Shown: positions 29,501-37,257 of the stretch, piece by piece
Layout of the letters: each line of letters begins with the position of its first letter
How positions within the stretch are numbered: the first letter of the stretch is position 1
Assembly: GCA_963808235.1 (NCBI GenBank)
Contig: CAWEEQ010000004.1
Span: forward strand, 781,084 to 845,083
Source of the DNA: an uncultured delta proteobacterium
GTDB taxonomy: Bacteria > Desulfobacterota > Binatia > Binatales > Binataceae
DNA length: 64,000 nt
Direction of reading: 5' to 3'
Notes under the pieces: generated by a model
What the model saw: the letters and a program-made list of their open reading frames with translations, nothing else
The model's database searches: none
Told to the model about the DNA's origin: nothing
Translations under genes and position numbers: made by a program

Positions 29501-29755
29501 ACCCGACAGCGAACGCGACTCGATATGCTCAATGTTGCTGCCCAACGTAAAGAATCGCTCGTAGCGAAAGGTGATGTTGTCTTCCATGTCGAGCGGCGGC
29601 ATGCCCTGGTAAAAGGTAGCCACCACAACCGCTGGGATTTTAATGTCCGGAAAGATGTCCACCGGCATCTGCGTAAACGCCGTTGCACCCAGAATCACGA
29701 TGATCAGCGCTCCGACAATGATTAGGTACGGATTGCGCAGCGAGAAACTTGGCAC
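26594..29755 (-). CDS. Efflux RND transporter permease subunit (AcrB/CzcA superfamily)
   Basis: 1053 aa with 12 TM helices and two large periplasmic loops, the typical RND topology. Confidence 0.9.
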   Translation of the reverse strand: MPSFSLRNPYLIIVGALIIVILGATAFTQMPVDIFPDIKIPAVVVATFYQGMPPLDMEDNITFRYERFFTLGSNIEHIESRSLSGVSIIKVFFQPGTDVAAAAAQMGTLAEADLGVLPPGTLPPLVLQYDASSLPVVLVTLGGKGYNETQLEDQARYNVRNQLATVPGASVPIPFGGKFRQVMAYANPQALQARGLSLMDVVSALDTSNVILPAGDVKIGSKDYYIYSNSLIEKVPDINQVPVKIGRGQAPVLMDDVGKVTDSAQIQYNTVLINGQPSVYIPVLRQAGANTISVVDGVKQLIPNVFGLPAGMKLKTILDQSIYVRQAVDSLEHEAISGAVLASLMILIFLGSFRSTFAIFLSIPLSILAGAFGLYFNGSTLNIMTLGGFALAIGRLVDDSVVVLENINRHLAEGKEPHAAARDGAEEVALPVLASTVTTCIVFFPVMFLFGVSKYLFSALALAVVLSMAASYLVAMSVIPIYCARFLTREQALAAEHGESSGVFAIFNRAYERFASAYERLLENALDHKSVVIVGVTILFVVSLAMYPRLGTELFPETDAGMFTINFRAPAGTRIELTTDMARRIEDLVRKVIPPDELDMVVSNIGIAPSISAIYSPNSAQDSGFMQVALKSGHRHPTQYYVARLKQLLPIQLPNARTLFSSGSIIDSVLNLGKIAPIDVEFAGSSFTELHNAAKELQARINALSQVSQSFIAQELDYPTLNIKVDRVRAARLGVAQQEVIQNVITALDSNLYIKPSIWIDRANKDDYFLTVQYLGAQNGFDSLEVLQNIPIETVNKETGHAQSLLLRDVASIAPESHPSEADHYSIQRIVDLLVAPSTQDLGGTQEKIQREVSKMTLPPGVSVRYRGAVSSMQKSFSSFGFGLSLAVVLLYLVMVAQFRSFLDPFIIMFAVPMGLIGVIWTLWATGTTLNIESFMGIIVMVGIVVSNSILLVDFANERRRQGHELRRAAIDSARIRMRPILMTALATVAGLMPIALKLGEGSEASAPLARAAVGGLAVSTVLTLFLVPCIYEFFYRRIERAAAVQTPNEDRG

Positions 29756-30419
29756 GATGCAAACTCCCTGTCACCGGCGAAGTGATTACGCCGGTGGACT
29801 TTGACTTGACTATAACCGCCCGCGAATATCGGGCGCGTGTTAGCGAATCTGAAGTTTGCTTACAGCGGGTCTTGGCTTTCCGCGCGCGAGGGGAGCAATT
29901 TGAATCGTCTTATGAATGGCTGTACGGAAGGAGTCGCGAATCTGAACCTCGGTAAGGGCCTCACGGCCAGGTTGTCCGATACCGACGTCAAGTACTTCGG
30001 GAATGAAACATCAAGCGCTTGAGAGCCGGAATCGAGGTCGGGCTGACTTGACGAGGCCTTGGTGAATCTCTGTGCACCGCTAAGCCTATTCTGCTCGCAC
30101 GATCCGCAAGACACGCGAAAGTGTGGAACCTGCAATCGAGGGGTGAAGGCCACGATGCTCGTCACGATGAGAACCGCGGCAACCAGTTGCAGATGTAGAC
30201 GAGAAAACATTACTCCGACGCTCATCTTATCGTTCCGCATTTTCGAATGCAAAGCGGAAGAATCTTTCCGCGTCTCGCGAAGATTTCCGCATTCGGCAGA
30301 CAACGTTTATTGCAGTCTGCCCTCTCGTTCAATCACGCCAGGAGCAGGTGCCAACTTTGCGGCGTATGATGTATACGTCGTGAAGCTTTTCAGAGACGCG
30401 AGTCCGAGCGCTGGGCCGG

Positions 30420-30875
30420 ATGCCCTTATTCAAGAAAATTCTTTGTCCTCTCGATTTCGATCAGAATTCGCTTCTGGCGCTCCAGGTTGCGACCGAACTG
30501 GCGCGGGAACGCAAAGCGACCCTCGATTTGCTGCACGTCGTCTCGATACCTTCCGGACCCGAGGTTGCGTTACCCTTCGCCAAAATGGAGAAGGCCGCAC
30601 GAACCAGGCTTGAGCGGCTGGCGGGCCAAAAAATAGGCAGCAAAGTCTCCCATCGCGTCGACGTATCGATGGGCGATCCGGCCGCCGAGATCATTCATAC
30701 CGCGAAAAAGTTGGATACCGATCTTATTGTGATGGCAACCCACGGACGGAAAGGACTCCGTCACCTTGTGCTGGGAAGCGTAGCCGAACGCGTGGTGCGG
30801 GAAGCCCCGTGCCCGGTGCTCGCGATCAAGTCGAAAGCTCCGGCCGCGAAGATCAAAAGACCTCGATCGAAATAA
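30420..30875 (+). CDS. Universal stress protein (UspA family)
   Basis: 151 aa. ILCPLDFD...LDLLHV...VMATHGRKGLRHLVLGSVAERVVREAPCPVLAIK. Confidence 0.85.
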   Translation: MPLFKKILCPLDFDQNSLLALQVATELARERKATLDLLHVVSIPSGPEVALPFAKMEKAARTRLERLAGQKIGSKVSHRVDVSMGDPAAEIIHTAKKLDTDLIVMATHGRKGLRHLVLGSVAERVVREAPCPVLAIKSKAPAAKIKRPRSK

Positions 30876-31153
30876 TTCGCTGTATGACGTCACAGCTCAA
30901 ACGGTCGAAATCCTCGCGGTCGTCGCGAAATCAGAACTGTCGCGCTTTCCGCGGTTGGCAGAGAGGGCCAGGGGATCGAAATCTGGTTAAATTCAAGCCA
31001 TGAGCGGTGATGAAGGGAATATGGGGATCCGCCAAAAGGGTTTCACTGATACAAGAGCAATAATGAGGCTGCTTAAGGCTTGACTAATTTCTTGTCTTGC
31101 TCCATAGTGATGCTGCCACCGAAAGGGCGGGCAAAAACGGGGAAGGTAGGATA

Positions 31154-31399
31154 ATGCAACGATCACGAGAAAATGATGAGACTCAGCCGGAATTCTATAC
31201 TGTCGGCCAGCTCGCGGACTTGCTCCAACTGACGCCGATGACGATATACCGGATGGTCAGACGCGGCGAGCTCGCCTGTCATGCGATCGGGCGAATCAAA
31301 CGCTTTCGCCGCGGCGACGTAGAGACGTTCCTCGAGAATTCCAGGCAGCCGGCCTCGGAAGCCACCGCGGCTCCGGCTCCTCGCCGTCTCGATGGCTGA
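31154..31399 (+). CDS. Excisionase-family (MerR-superfamily) HTH DNA-binding protein, paralog 1
   Basis: EFYTVGQLADLLQLTPMTIYRMVRRGELACHAIGRIKRFRRGDVETFLE. The start was chosen by homology with paralog 2 and because GGAAGG lies 8 nt upstream. The ORF track extends to 31097. Confidence 0.7.
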   Translation: MQRSRENDETQPEFYTVGQLADLLQLTPMTIYRMVRRGELACHAIGRIKRFRRGDVETFLENSRQPASEATAAPAPRRLDG

Positions 31400-31663
31400 A
31401 GACTCTCGGCGAATAAGTTCCAGCAGCCCCTGAGATTACCGCTACTTCCTGAGCGCTCGCGGGTCAGTACGCGTTCGTGCCCGGCGGTAATTTTTCCCCC
31501 AGCTCTTTCCTCAAAACAGATTCTGCGAACGAGTGTAACCACCAGTACAAACTGGTTGCAGGGAAGAGTCGCGTCTATAGAAGATGGAGGGCGAGCATTG
31601 TAGAAGCTTGACAGGAGCGTTGCATTCCCAAAGGATAGCGCAGCAGTCGATTACGGGGGAAAA

Positions 31664-31882
31664 ATGCAACGCTCACGTCCGAAAGAAGACGCCCAGCCCG
31701 AGTTCTACACCGTTGGACAACTTGCCGATTTGCTGCAACTCACACCCATGACCATTTACCGCATGGTCAGGCGCGGCGAGTTGGCTTGTCACGCGATCGG
31801 TCGCATCAAGCGTTTCAGACGCGGCGATGTCGAGGCTTTTTTACAAAGCTCGAGGAAACCAGCGGCAAGCGCACCAAGCTAA
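31664..31882 (+). CDS. Excisionase-family HTH DNA-binding protein, paralog 2
   Basis: 72 aa. The core is almost identical in protein sequence to paralog 1 but is encoded with many synonymous differences. Confidence 0.7.
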   Translation: MQRSRPKEDAQPEFYTVGQLADLLQLTPMTIYRMVRRGELACHAIGRIKRFRRGDVEAFLQSSRKPAASAPS

Positions 31883-32103
31883 GACTTGCTCGTCTTACGC
31901 TCGGCGCCTGAATCGCCGTTGGTTTGGTGTTCCGGTTCCCTGGCTACGCTCCCGCCCGCCGCGACCCATTGATCGACGACTGGCACTTCAAAGCGCAGAT
32001 CCCGTCCAACTCTAATAGCCCGCAACTGGCCTCTTCGCACCAGCCTGCGAACGGTAGCCGGATTGACATGCAGGTAGTCGGAAACCTCACGCAATGTGAG
32101 CAT
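31879..32103 (-). CDS. Excisionase-family HTH DNA-binding protein, paralog 3 (convergent)
   Basis: MLTLREVSDYLHVNPATVRRLVRRGQLRAIRVGRDLRFEVPVVDQWV. AAGGA precedes the internal ATG at 32103. The ORF track extends to 32160. Confidence 0.65.
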   Translation of the reverse strand: MLTLREVSDYLHVNPATVRRLVRRGQLRAIRVGRDLRFEVPVVDQWVAAGGSVAREPEHQTNGDSGAERKTSKS

Positions 32104-32160
32104 CCTTGCTGGCATATGCTCGCCCCTGGCTGACTCCATTCGACCCGGATTCATCCGCAA

Positions 32161-32511
32161 GCTCGCAAAAGTCTCATCAGGTTTGTCCTCGCCGTTTCGG
32201 TGACCGGAGGTGGCCGGAGGTCTCTAAATCTATTTGACTGTCTAATGCGCATTATCATTCAAATTACTTGACGACGACTCATCTATTGCTTGATGACCAT
32301 CATCTGCTTTCTCAAACGTAGCAAGATTTCAAAGACTAATCAAGCCATGAAAATATTGTCAAGTTAAGATAAAGCTGTTAGAATTCTAAAGCGTGGCATC
32401 TTTATTTACTTTATTTTATGTCTCATTGCTTTGTTTATTCTTTTATGGTACAGTCTTACATAGCGTGCATCCCTTACGATTCATGCGTCGAATCGCGTAC
32501 TGACCTGAGCA
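32161..32511. promoter_or_regulatory. About 350-bp AT-rich island (about 35% GC in a 62-65% GC background) immediately upstream of the exopolysaccharide operon
   Basis: Visible in the base composition. Contains A/T tracts and several TTGACn/TAnnnT-like hexamers. No ORF of 60 aa or more. Confidence 0.6.
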
Positions 32512-33252
32512 GTGAGAAAAAAAACCATGAAACGAAAACTATTGGTCATAGCTCTTCTGTGTTGTGCGCAGCTTCTGTTCGGATGCTCCGCGAAGGACCC
32601 GGAGGCTACCGATATCAAGGGTGTGTCGATGGCGCCGGTGTCGCCTGCCTGCCAATTCACTTCGGTCGACGACCAGTTTCGATCATACCGGATTCAGCCG
32701 GGCGACCAGCTCGACATCAGTTTTTATATGAGCCCCGAGTTTGACCAGGACCTGACCGTACGACCCGACGGCGACATCTCGATGCCGGTGGTCGGCAATA
32801 TTCACGTGCAGGGACTAACCCCGGTCGGGCTCGAGAAGAATCTCAATCAGCTCTATTCGCAGGAGTTGAAAGATCCGAAGACCACGGTCCGCATCGACAA
32901 GAGTCCAAGCCAGGTCGTGTACGTCGAGGGCCAGGTTGGCAAACCCGGCGCGGTGCCGCTGCAGCCCGGGATGACCGCGATCCAGGCGATCGCCGCGTCG
33001 GGCGGAATGAACGATAACGCCGGACCGAGCCGGGTGATTCTCATAAGACGCGACGCGTGCGGGAACGCGCACGGGCAGCCTCTCAAGCTCGACAAAGTGC
33101 TGAACCAGAAAAATAACGAAGAAGATGTGGCGCTGCTGCCTTCGGACATCGTGGTCGTACCGCGCAGCGGGATTGCCCAATTCGATCTCGACGTGAAGCA
33201 GTACGTGCGCGACGCGATGCCGGTCGAAGTCTACGCCGCGCCGCCATTTTGA
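32512..33252 (+). CDS. Polysaccharide export protein (Wza/EpsE-like, SLBB domains)
   Basis: Lipoprotein-type signal peptide LLVIALLCCAQLLFGCS. Poly_export and SLBB motifs IQPGDQLDISFY...GDISMPVVGNIHVQGLT. Confidence 0.85.
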   Translation: MRKKTMKRKLLVIALLCCAQLLFGCSAKDPEATDIKGVSMAPVSPACQFTSVDDQFRSYRIQPGDQLDISFYMSPEFDQDLTVRPDGDISMPVVGNIHVQGLTPVGLEKNLNQLYSQELKDPKTTVRIDKSPSQVVYVEGQVGKPGAVPLQPGMTAIQAIAASGGMNDNAGPSRVILIRRDACGNAHGQPLKLDKVLNQKNNEEDVALLPSDIVVVPRSGIAQFDLDVKQYVRDAMPVEVYAAPPF

Positions 33253-33262
33253 GCCGAGTGGG

Positions 33263-34786
33263 ATGAATCAGATGAACAACGAAGCTGTAATGCAGTGGAT
33301 AGAGAAGATATTCCGGCGCCGGGCGTTGGCGCTCCGGATAGGCCTGCTGGTCTTCGGCGTAATCGCGCTGGGCTCGATCATGTGGCCCCCGAGCTACGCG
33401 TCGTCGTCGAAAATCCTGGTTCAATCCAACCGCGCGCAACTGCTGGTCTCGCCCGGGCTGAAGGAAGACGCCGCCAATCAATCGACCCAAACGGTTCCGG
33501 TGGCGGAGCAGGACCTCAACTCGGAGGTCGAGCTGCTGACCAGTCCGTTCCTTATTAAGCAGGCGCTCGCGGGGATGAAGCTCAATCAACGCAAGGGCGG
33601 CGTGATCGCGGGAATGCGAAACATTGTCGACGCGGTCGTCAGCGTCCCGACAGACGTGTACACGGTGCTGCACGGAGGCCCCAGCGCGACTGCGAACCAG
33701 GACGAGATTCAGAAAATCGTGAATCATCTCAGCGCGGACGTGATCAAGCGCTCGAATGTTATCGAGGTTTCGATTGTCTCGCACGATCCCGCGTGGGCGA
33801 AAGCGTTTCTCTCGCAATTGATGACTTCATACCTGAACCTGCACGGGCAGTTGTCGCAGAATCCGCAGGCGCAGGCATTTTTCCAGCAGCAGCGCGCGCT
33901 GCTCGATCAGCGCCTCCAGGACTCAGAGAAGGAGTTGCGCGCGGCGCAACTGCAGACCGGAATCGCTCAATTCAGCGAGCAGCAGCAGGCGCTCATCAAC
34001 CAGGTGTCCGCCGCCGAGGCGAACTATCGCACCACCAGCGCCTCTCTGGATTCCAAGCTGCAGCAGATCAGGAGCCAGGAAGCCGAGTTGAAGCAGACTC
34101 CGCAGCGTCAGACCAAGGAATCGAAGTCGGTCCAGAACATGGCGCTCAGCCAGTTGAAGCCGCAGATGCTTCAACTCGAAACCGAGCGTGCCGAGTTGTT
34201 GAGCCGCTATCAGCCCACCAGCGAGAGAATCCGTGCGATCGACGCCAAGCTGAAAGCCGGCCAAATCATCCTGAGCCGCGAAGATAAGACCAACGTCCAG
34301 GAAACCACCACCGATGTGAATCCGACCTGGCAGGCGCTCGATGCCGATTTGGCCAAAGCGCGGGCCGAAGCCGCGTCGGATAAGGCGGCGCAGACCACTG
34401 AAGCGGCGCAAGTCGCAACGTTACAGAATCAGCTCAAACAGATGACCACGGATGGAGTCGAGATCGAACGCCTGCAGCGCAAAGTCGATAGCGACAAGGA
34501 AGCGTACATGTCGTACGTGCGCAAGGGCGAGGAGGCCCGCGCGGCCGAGGCTCTTAACCAAAGCCGGATCCTGAACGTGAGCGTGGTGCAGGATCCGACC
34601 ACTCCGATCGATCCGGTGTCGCCGCGAATCCGGTTGAATCTGATCGCCGGGCTCCTGTTTGCCCTGATGCTGGCGGTCGCCGCGGCGCACTGGACCGAGG
34701 AATACGATCCCAAGATTTGTTCGACCGCGTCGATATTCAAGGACACCGGGCTCAGCACGGTCGCGATCCTCGACGACAGGTTGTAG
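33263..34786 (+). CDS. Polysaccharide chain-length determinant protein (Wzz/GumC/EpsF-like, PEP-CTERM-locus type; no kinase domain)
   Basis: TM1 near the N-terminus, a long periplasmic coiled-coil and TM2 near the C-terminus (LIAGLLFALMLAVAAAHW). There is no Walker motif. Confidence 0.8.
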   Translation: MNQMNNEAVMQWIEKIFRRRALALRIGLLVFGVIALGSIMWPPSYASSSKILVQSNRAQLLVSPGLKEDAANQSTQTVPVAEQDLNSEVELLTSPFLIKQALAGMKLNQRKGGVIAGMRNIVDAVVSVPTDVYTVLHGGPSATANQDEIQKIVNHLSADVIKRSNVIEVSIVSHDPAWAKAFLSQLMTSYLNLHGQLSQNPQAQAFFQQQRALLDQRLQDSEKELRAAQLQTGIAQFSEQQQALINQVSAAEANYRTTSASLDSKLQQIRSQEAELKQTPQRQTKESKSVQNMALSQLKPQMLQLETERAELLSRYQPTSERIRAIDAKLKAGQIILSREDKTNVQETTTDVNPTWQALDADLAKARAEAASDKAAQTTEAAQVATLQNQLKQMTTDGVEIERLQRKVDSDKEAYMSYVRKGEEARAAEALNQSRILNVSVVQDPTTPIDPVSPRIRLNLIAGLLFALMLAVAAAHWTEEYDPKICSTASIFKDTGLSTVAILDDRL

Positions 34787-34791
34787 CCGAT

Positions 34792-36375
34792 ATGTATTAC
34801 GAACACTTCAGACTTAGCGGCGCTCCCTTCGAGTTCAATCCCTCGGCGTCGGTGCTCTTCATGAGCGCGGGGCATCGCGAAGGATTGGCGGCGCTCGAGT
34901 GGGGACTGTCCGAGCCGAGCGGATTCACGATGCTGGTCGGCGAGATCGGGACCGGCAAGACCACGCTCATCTACTCGCTGCTCGCGACGCGGCATCAGGG
35001 CGTCCGGACCGCGTGGGTGGCGAATCCGCGCTTAAGCTTCGAAGACATGATGCGCCAGATTTTGGGCCAGCTGGGCGCAGTTGCGCCGGAGACGTCGGGC
35101 AAGCTCGCGCTGCTGCAGGCGTTCGACGCGCAGCTCGCGAGCCATGGGCTCGAAGAGTGCGTGGCGGTGATTGTCGACGAGGCGCAGGACCTGAGCGACG
35201 ACGCGCTGGAAGATCTGCGCCTGTTGACCAACTTTCAATCGCTCGAGCGCAGACGCCTGCAAATAGTGCTGGTCGGTCAGCTCGATCTCGCCAGAAGGCT
35301 GGGGCGGCCGCAACTGCGCCAACTGAATCAGCGAATCGGTGCGCGCGCGCTGTTGCCGACTCTGCAGGACCGGGAGATTTACGACTACGTCGAATACCGG
35401 CTGCGCTCGCGCGGCGGAGATATCGAGAACCTGTTCACGCGGAGCGCGATGCGGGAGCTCGCGCGCGCGAGCGGCGGAATCCCGCGGCGGATCAACATGC
35501 TTTGCCACAACGCGATGCTGCAGGCATACGCGGACGGCGAGCAATTCGTCGCCGAAAAGCATGTGCGTGCCGCCGCCAGCGACTACGATAATTTGCTGGT
35601 CGGCAAAGATTCGGCGTCCGCGAAGATGGCCGCATCGGCGAGCGCGGCGATGCAATCCGCGAGCACAAAGATACGGTCGGCGAGCGCGTCGATGCATTCA
35701 TCGGCGGTCTCGATGGCGCCGGCGATGCGTTCGGGCGCGACCAAGGCGGTTCGCGCGTTGAGCGCGGCGGCAACATTCGGGGCGCTGAGCTTGCTCGGCG
35801 TAGCGGTAGTCGGATTTTGCGAGATGCAGCCGGTGCACAATGATCTTTCCGCGCTGGTCAGGAAATTCGAATCGAAAGCGGCGAGTTTCAGAAGGCCAAT
35901 CGTGGTGCAGCGGGCGCCGGCGCAGTTCGTGACCGGTTCGTCCCCGGCGACCGTTCCGGCGCCGAACACAATTGGTTCGGCTCCAGCGGCCGTTCATGAC
36001 AGCACCGCCCCGGGCGCCCACGAATTGAGTACGCGCGGACACCTCAGGGGTCTTTCGGCGACTGGCCGGCGGGTTCCAGTCAAGCCGCAACCTGAAGCGA
36101 GCGCCGTTCCCAATATTTTGCCGGTGACGTTGTCGCCGGTCGGAAATATTTCCGCATCTCCGGATTCTTCGACGAAACCAGATGACGGCGCCTTGCGCAC
36201 CGACTCGACCATTTTGGTCAGGGCGGGCGACTCGCTCAGCAAGATAGCGATGAGAATCTATGGTTCGTTCGGAGCCGATGAAGTTAAGCGATTGACCGCG
36301 GCGAATCCGCAAATCAAGGACGCGAACGTGATCTATCCCGGTCAGTCTATTCACGTGCAGCAAGCTACCAAATGA
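34792..36375 (+). CDS. AAA ATPase of the XrtA/PEP-CTERM-associated (ExeA-like) type with C-terminal LysM domain
   Basis: Walker A VGEIGTGKTT, Walker B AVIVDEAQ and a sensor region. The C-terminus ILVRAGDSLSKIAMRIYG...VIYPGQSIHV is a LysM motif. The real start is the ATG 6 nt after the upstream stop; the ORF-track start at 34717 lies inside the previous gene. Confidence 0.75.
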   Translation: MYYEHFRLSGAPFEFNPSASVLFMSAGHREGLAALEWGLSEPSGFTMLVGEIGTGKTTLIYSLLATRHQGVRTAWVANPRLSFEDMMRQILGQLGAVAPETSGKLALLQAFDAQLASHGLEECVAVIVDEAQDLSDDALEDLRLLTNFQSLERRRLQIVLVGQLDLARRLGRPQLRQLNQRIGARALLPTLQDREIYDYVEYRLRSRGGDIENLFTRSAMRELARASGGIPRRINMLCHNAMLQAYADGEQFVAEKHVRAAASDYDNLLVGKDSASAKMAASASAAMQSASTKIRSASASMHSSAVSMAPAMRSGATKAVRALSAAATFGALSLLGVAVVGFCEMQPVHNDLSALVRKFESKAASFRRPIVVQRAPAQFVTGSSPATVPAPNTIGSAPAAVHDSTAPGAHELSTRGHLRGLSATGRRVPVKPQPEASAVPNILPVTLSPVGNISASPDSSTKPDDGALRTDSTILVRAGDSLSKIAMRIYGSFGADEVKRLTAANPQIKDANVIYPGQSIHVQQATK

Positions 36376-36393
36376 CGAACTTAGGTGTGACCC

Positions 36394-37254
36394 ATGAGTA
36401 GATACTTTCAGGCAATGGAACGCCGCAAGAACGGAATGGTTCCGTTAACTGATTCCAGGATAGGTGATGCGAGAATCGCTGATTCCAACTTCGCTGATTC
36501 GAAGGTCGTTGAGTCGAAGATCATCGATTCCAAGATCATCGAGACCAAGACCAAGCCGTTCTCACACTCACAGGCTGTAGCGCGAACTCAGCCGATGGCG
36601 CTTCCGTCTGTTTCGGAGCCGCAAGGGTTGCTCGATACGCTCGCATGCTGCCATTCGATGCGCAGCTTGAGCGAGCAGCTGGCGGCGGCGAGCGCGCACA
36701 ATGGCCCTGCGCGAATACTCATGACCGGATGCCGGCCGGGCGACGGCGTATCCACCGTGGCTGCGGCGATGGCGCTCGACATAAGTCAGCGCCTGGCGGC
36801 GCGGACAGTGCTGGTAGAAGGACAGCCGCGAGTCACGATGATGCATCCGTTCTTCGCGCGCTCTTGCGCGCCAACTCCCGCGACGATCACGAGCGCGTCG
36901 ATCGCCGTGCAAGGAACCGGATATCCGCGGCTCGAGACGGCGCGGCCGGAGCAGTTGGCGCTAGCGGACCAACCGGCACGGCTGGTGGAAGATCTGGACG
37001 AATTACTTATGCGCTATCGCCTGGCGGTTATAGATCTCGGCGTAGTGCGTTTGGACCCACGAATGTTAGCGCTGGCGCGGCCCACCGATCCGATCCTGAT
37101 TGTGGCCCGACATCTGCATACAGATCGAGCGGAAATGATCGCGACGGCAAACATCCTGCGCTCTACCGGACATCCCGTAGCTGGGGTGATTCTGAATGGA
37201 TACAAGTCGCCGTTGCCATCGCTGGTTCGCCGCCTTGTTGGAATGGAGGAATAA
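36394..37254 (+). CDS. BY-kinase-like (CpsD/CapB/MinD-fold) protein with degenerate Walker A and N-terminal pentapeptide repeats
   Basis: The C-terminal half aligns to the BY-kinase catalytic domain (MTGCRPGDGVSTVAAAMAL...VLVEGQP...LAVIDLGVV...ILIVARH...VAGVILNGY). The Walker A Lys is replaced (GDGVST instead of GxGKST/T) and there is no C-terminal Tyr cluster. Confidence 0.6.
   Translation: MSRYFQAMERRKNGMVPLTDSRIGDARIADSNFADSKVVESKIIDSKIIETKTKPFSHSQAVARTQPMALPSVSEPQGLLDTLACCHSMRSLSEQLAAASAHNGPARILMTGCRPGDGVSTVAAAMALDISQRLAARTVLVEGQPRVTMMHPFFARSCAPTPATITSASIAVQGTGYPRLETARPEQLALADQPARLVEDLDELLMRYRLAVIDLGVVRLDPRMLALARPTDPILIVARHLHTDRAEMIATANILRSTGHPVAGVILNGYKSPLPSLVRRLVGMEE
36451..36555 (+). 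repeat. Seven tandem 15-nt (5-codon) repeats inside the 36394..37254 CDS
   Basis: The units gattccaggataggt / gatgcgagaatcgct / gattccaacttcgct / gattcgaaggtcgtt / gagtcgaagatcatc / gattccaagatcatc / gagaccaagaccaag encode DSRIG-DARIA-DSNFA-DSKVV-ESKII-DSKII-ETKTK. Confidence 0.85.
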
Positions 37255-37257
37255 GCA

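Noticed and set aside
29860-30225. About 120-aa minus-strand ORF with one TM helix upstream of the RND operon
   Set aside because: It has no Shine-Dalgarno sequence, an odd composition and no homology signal. It is mentioned only as a low-confidence possibility within a finding.
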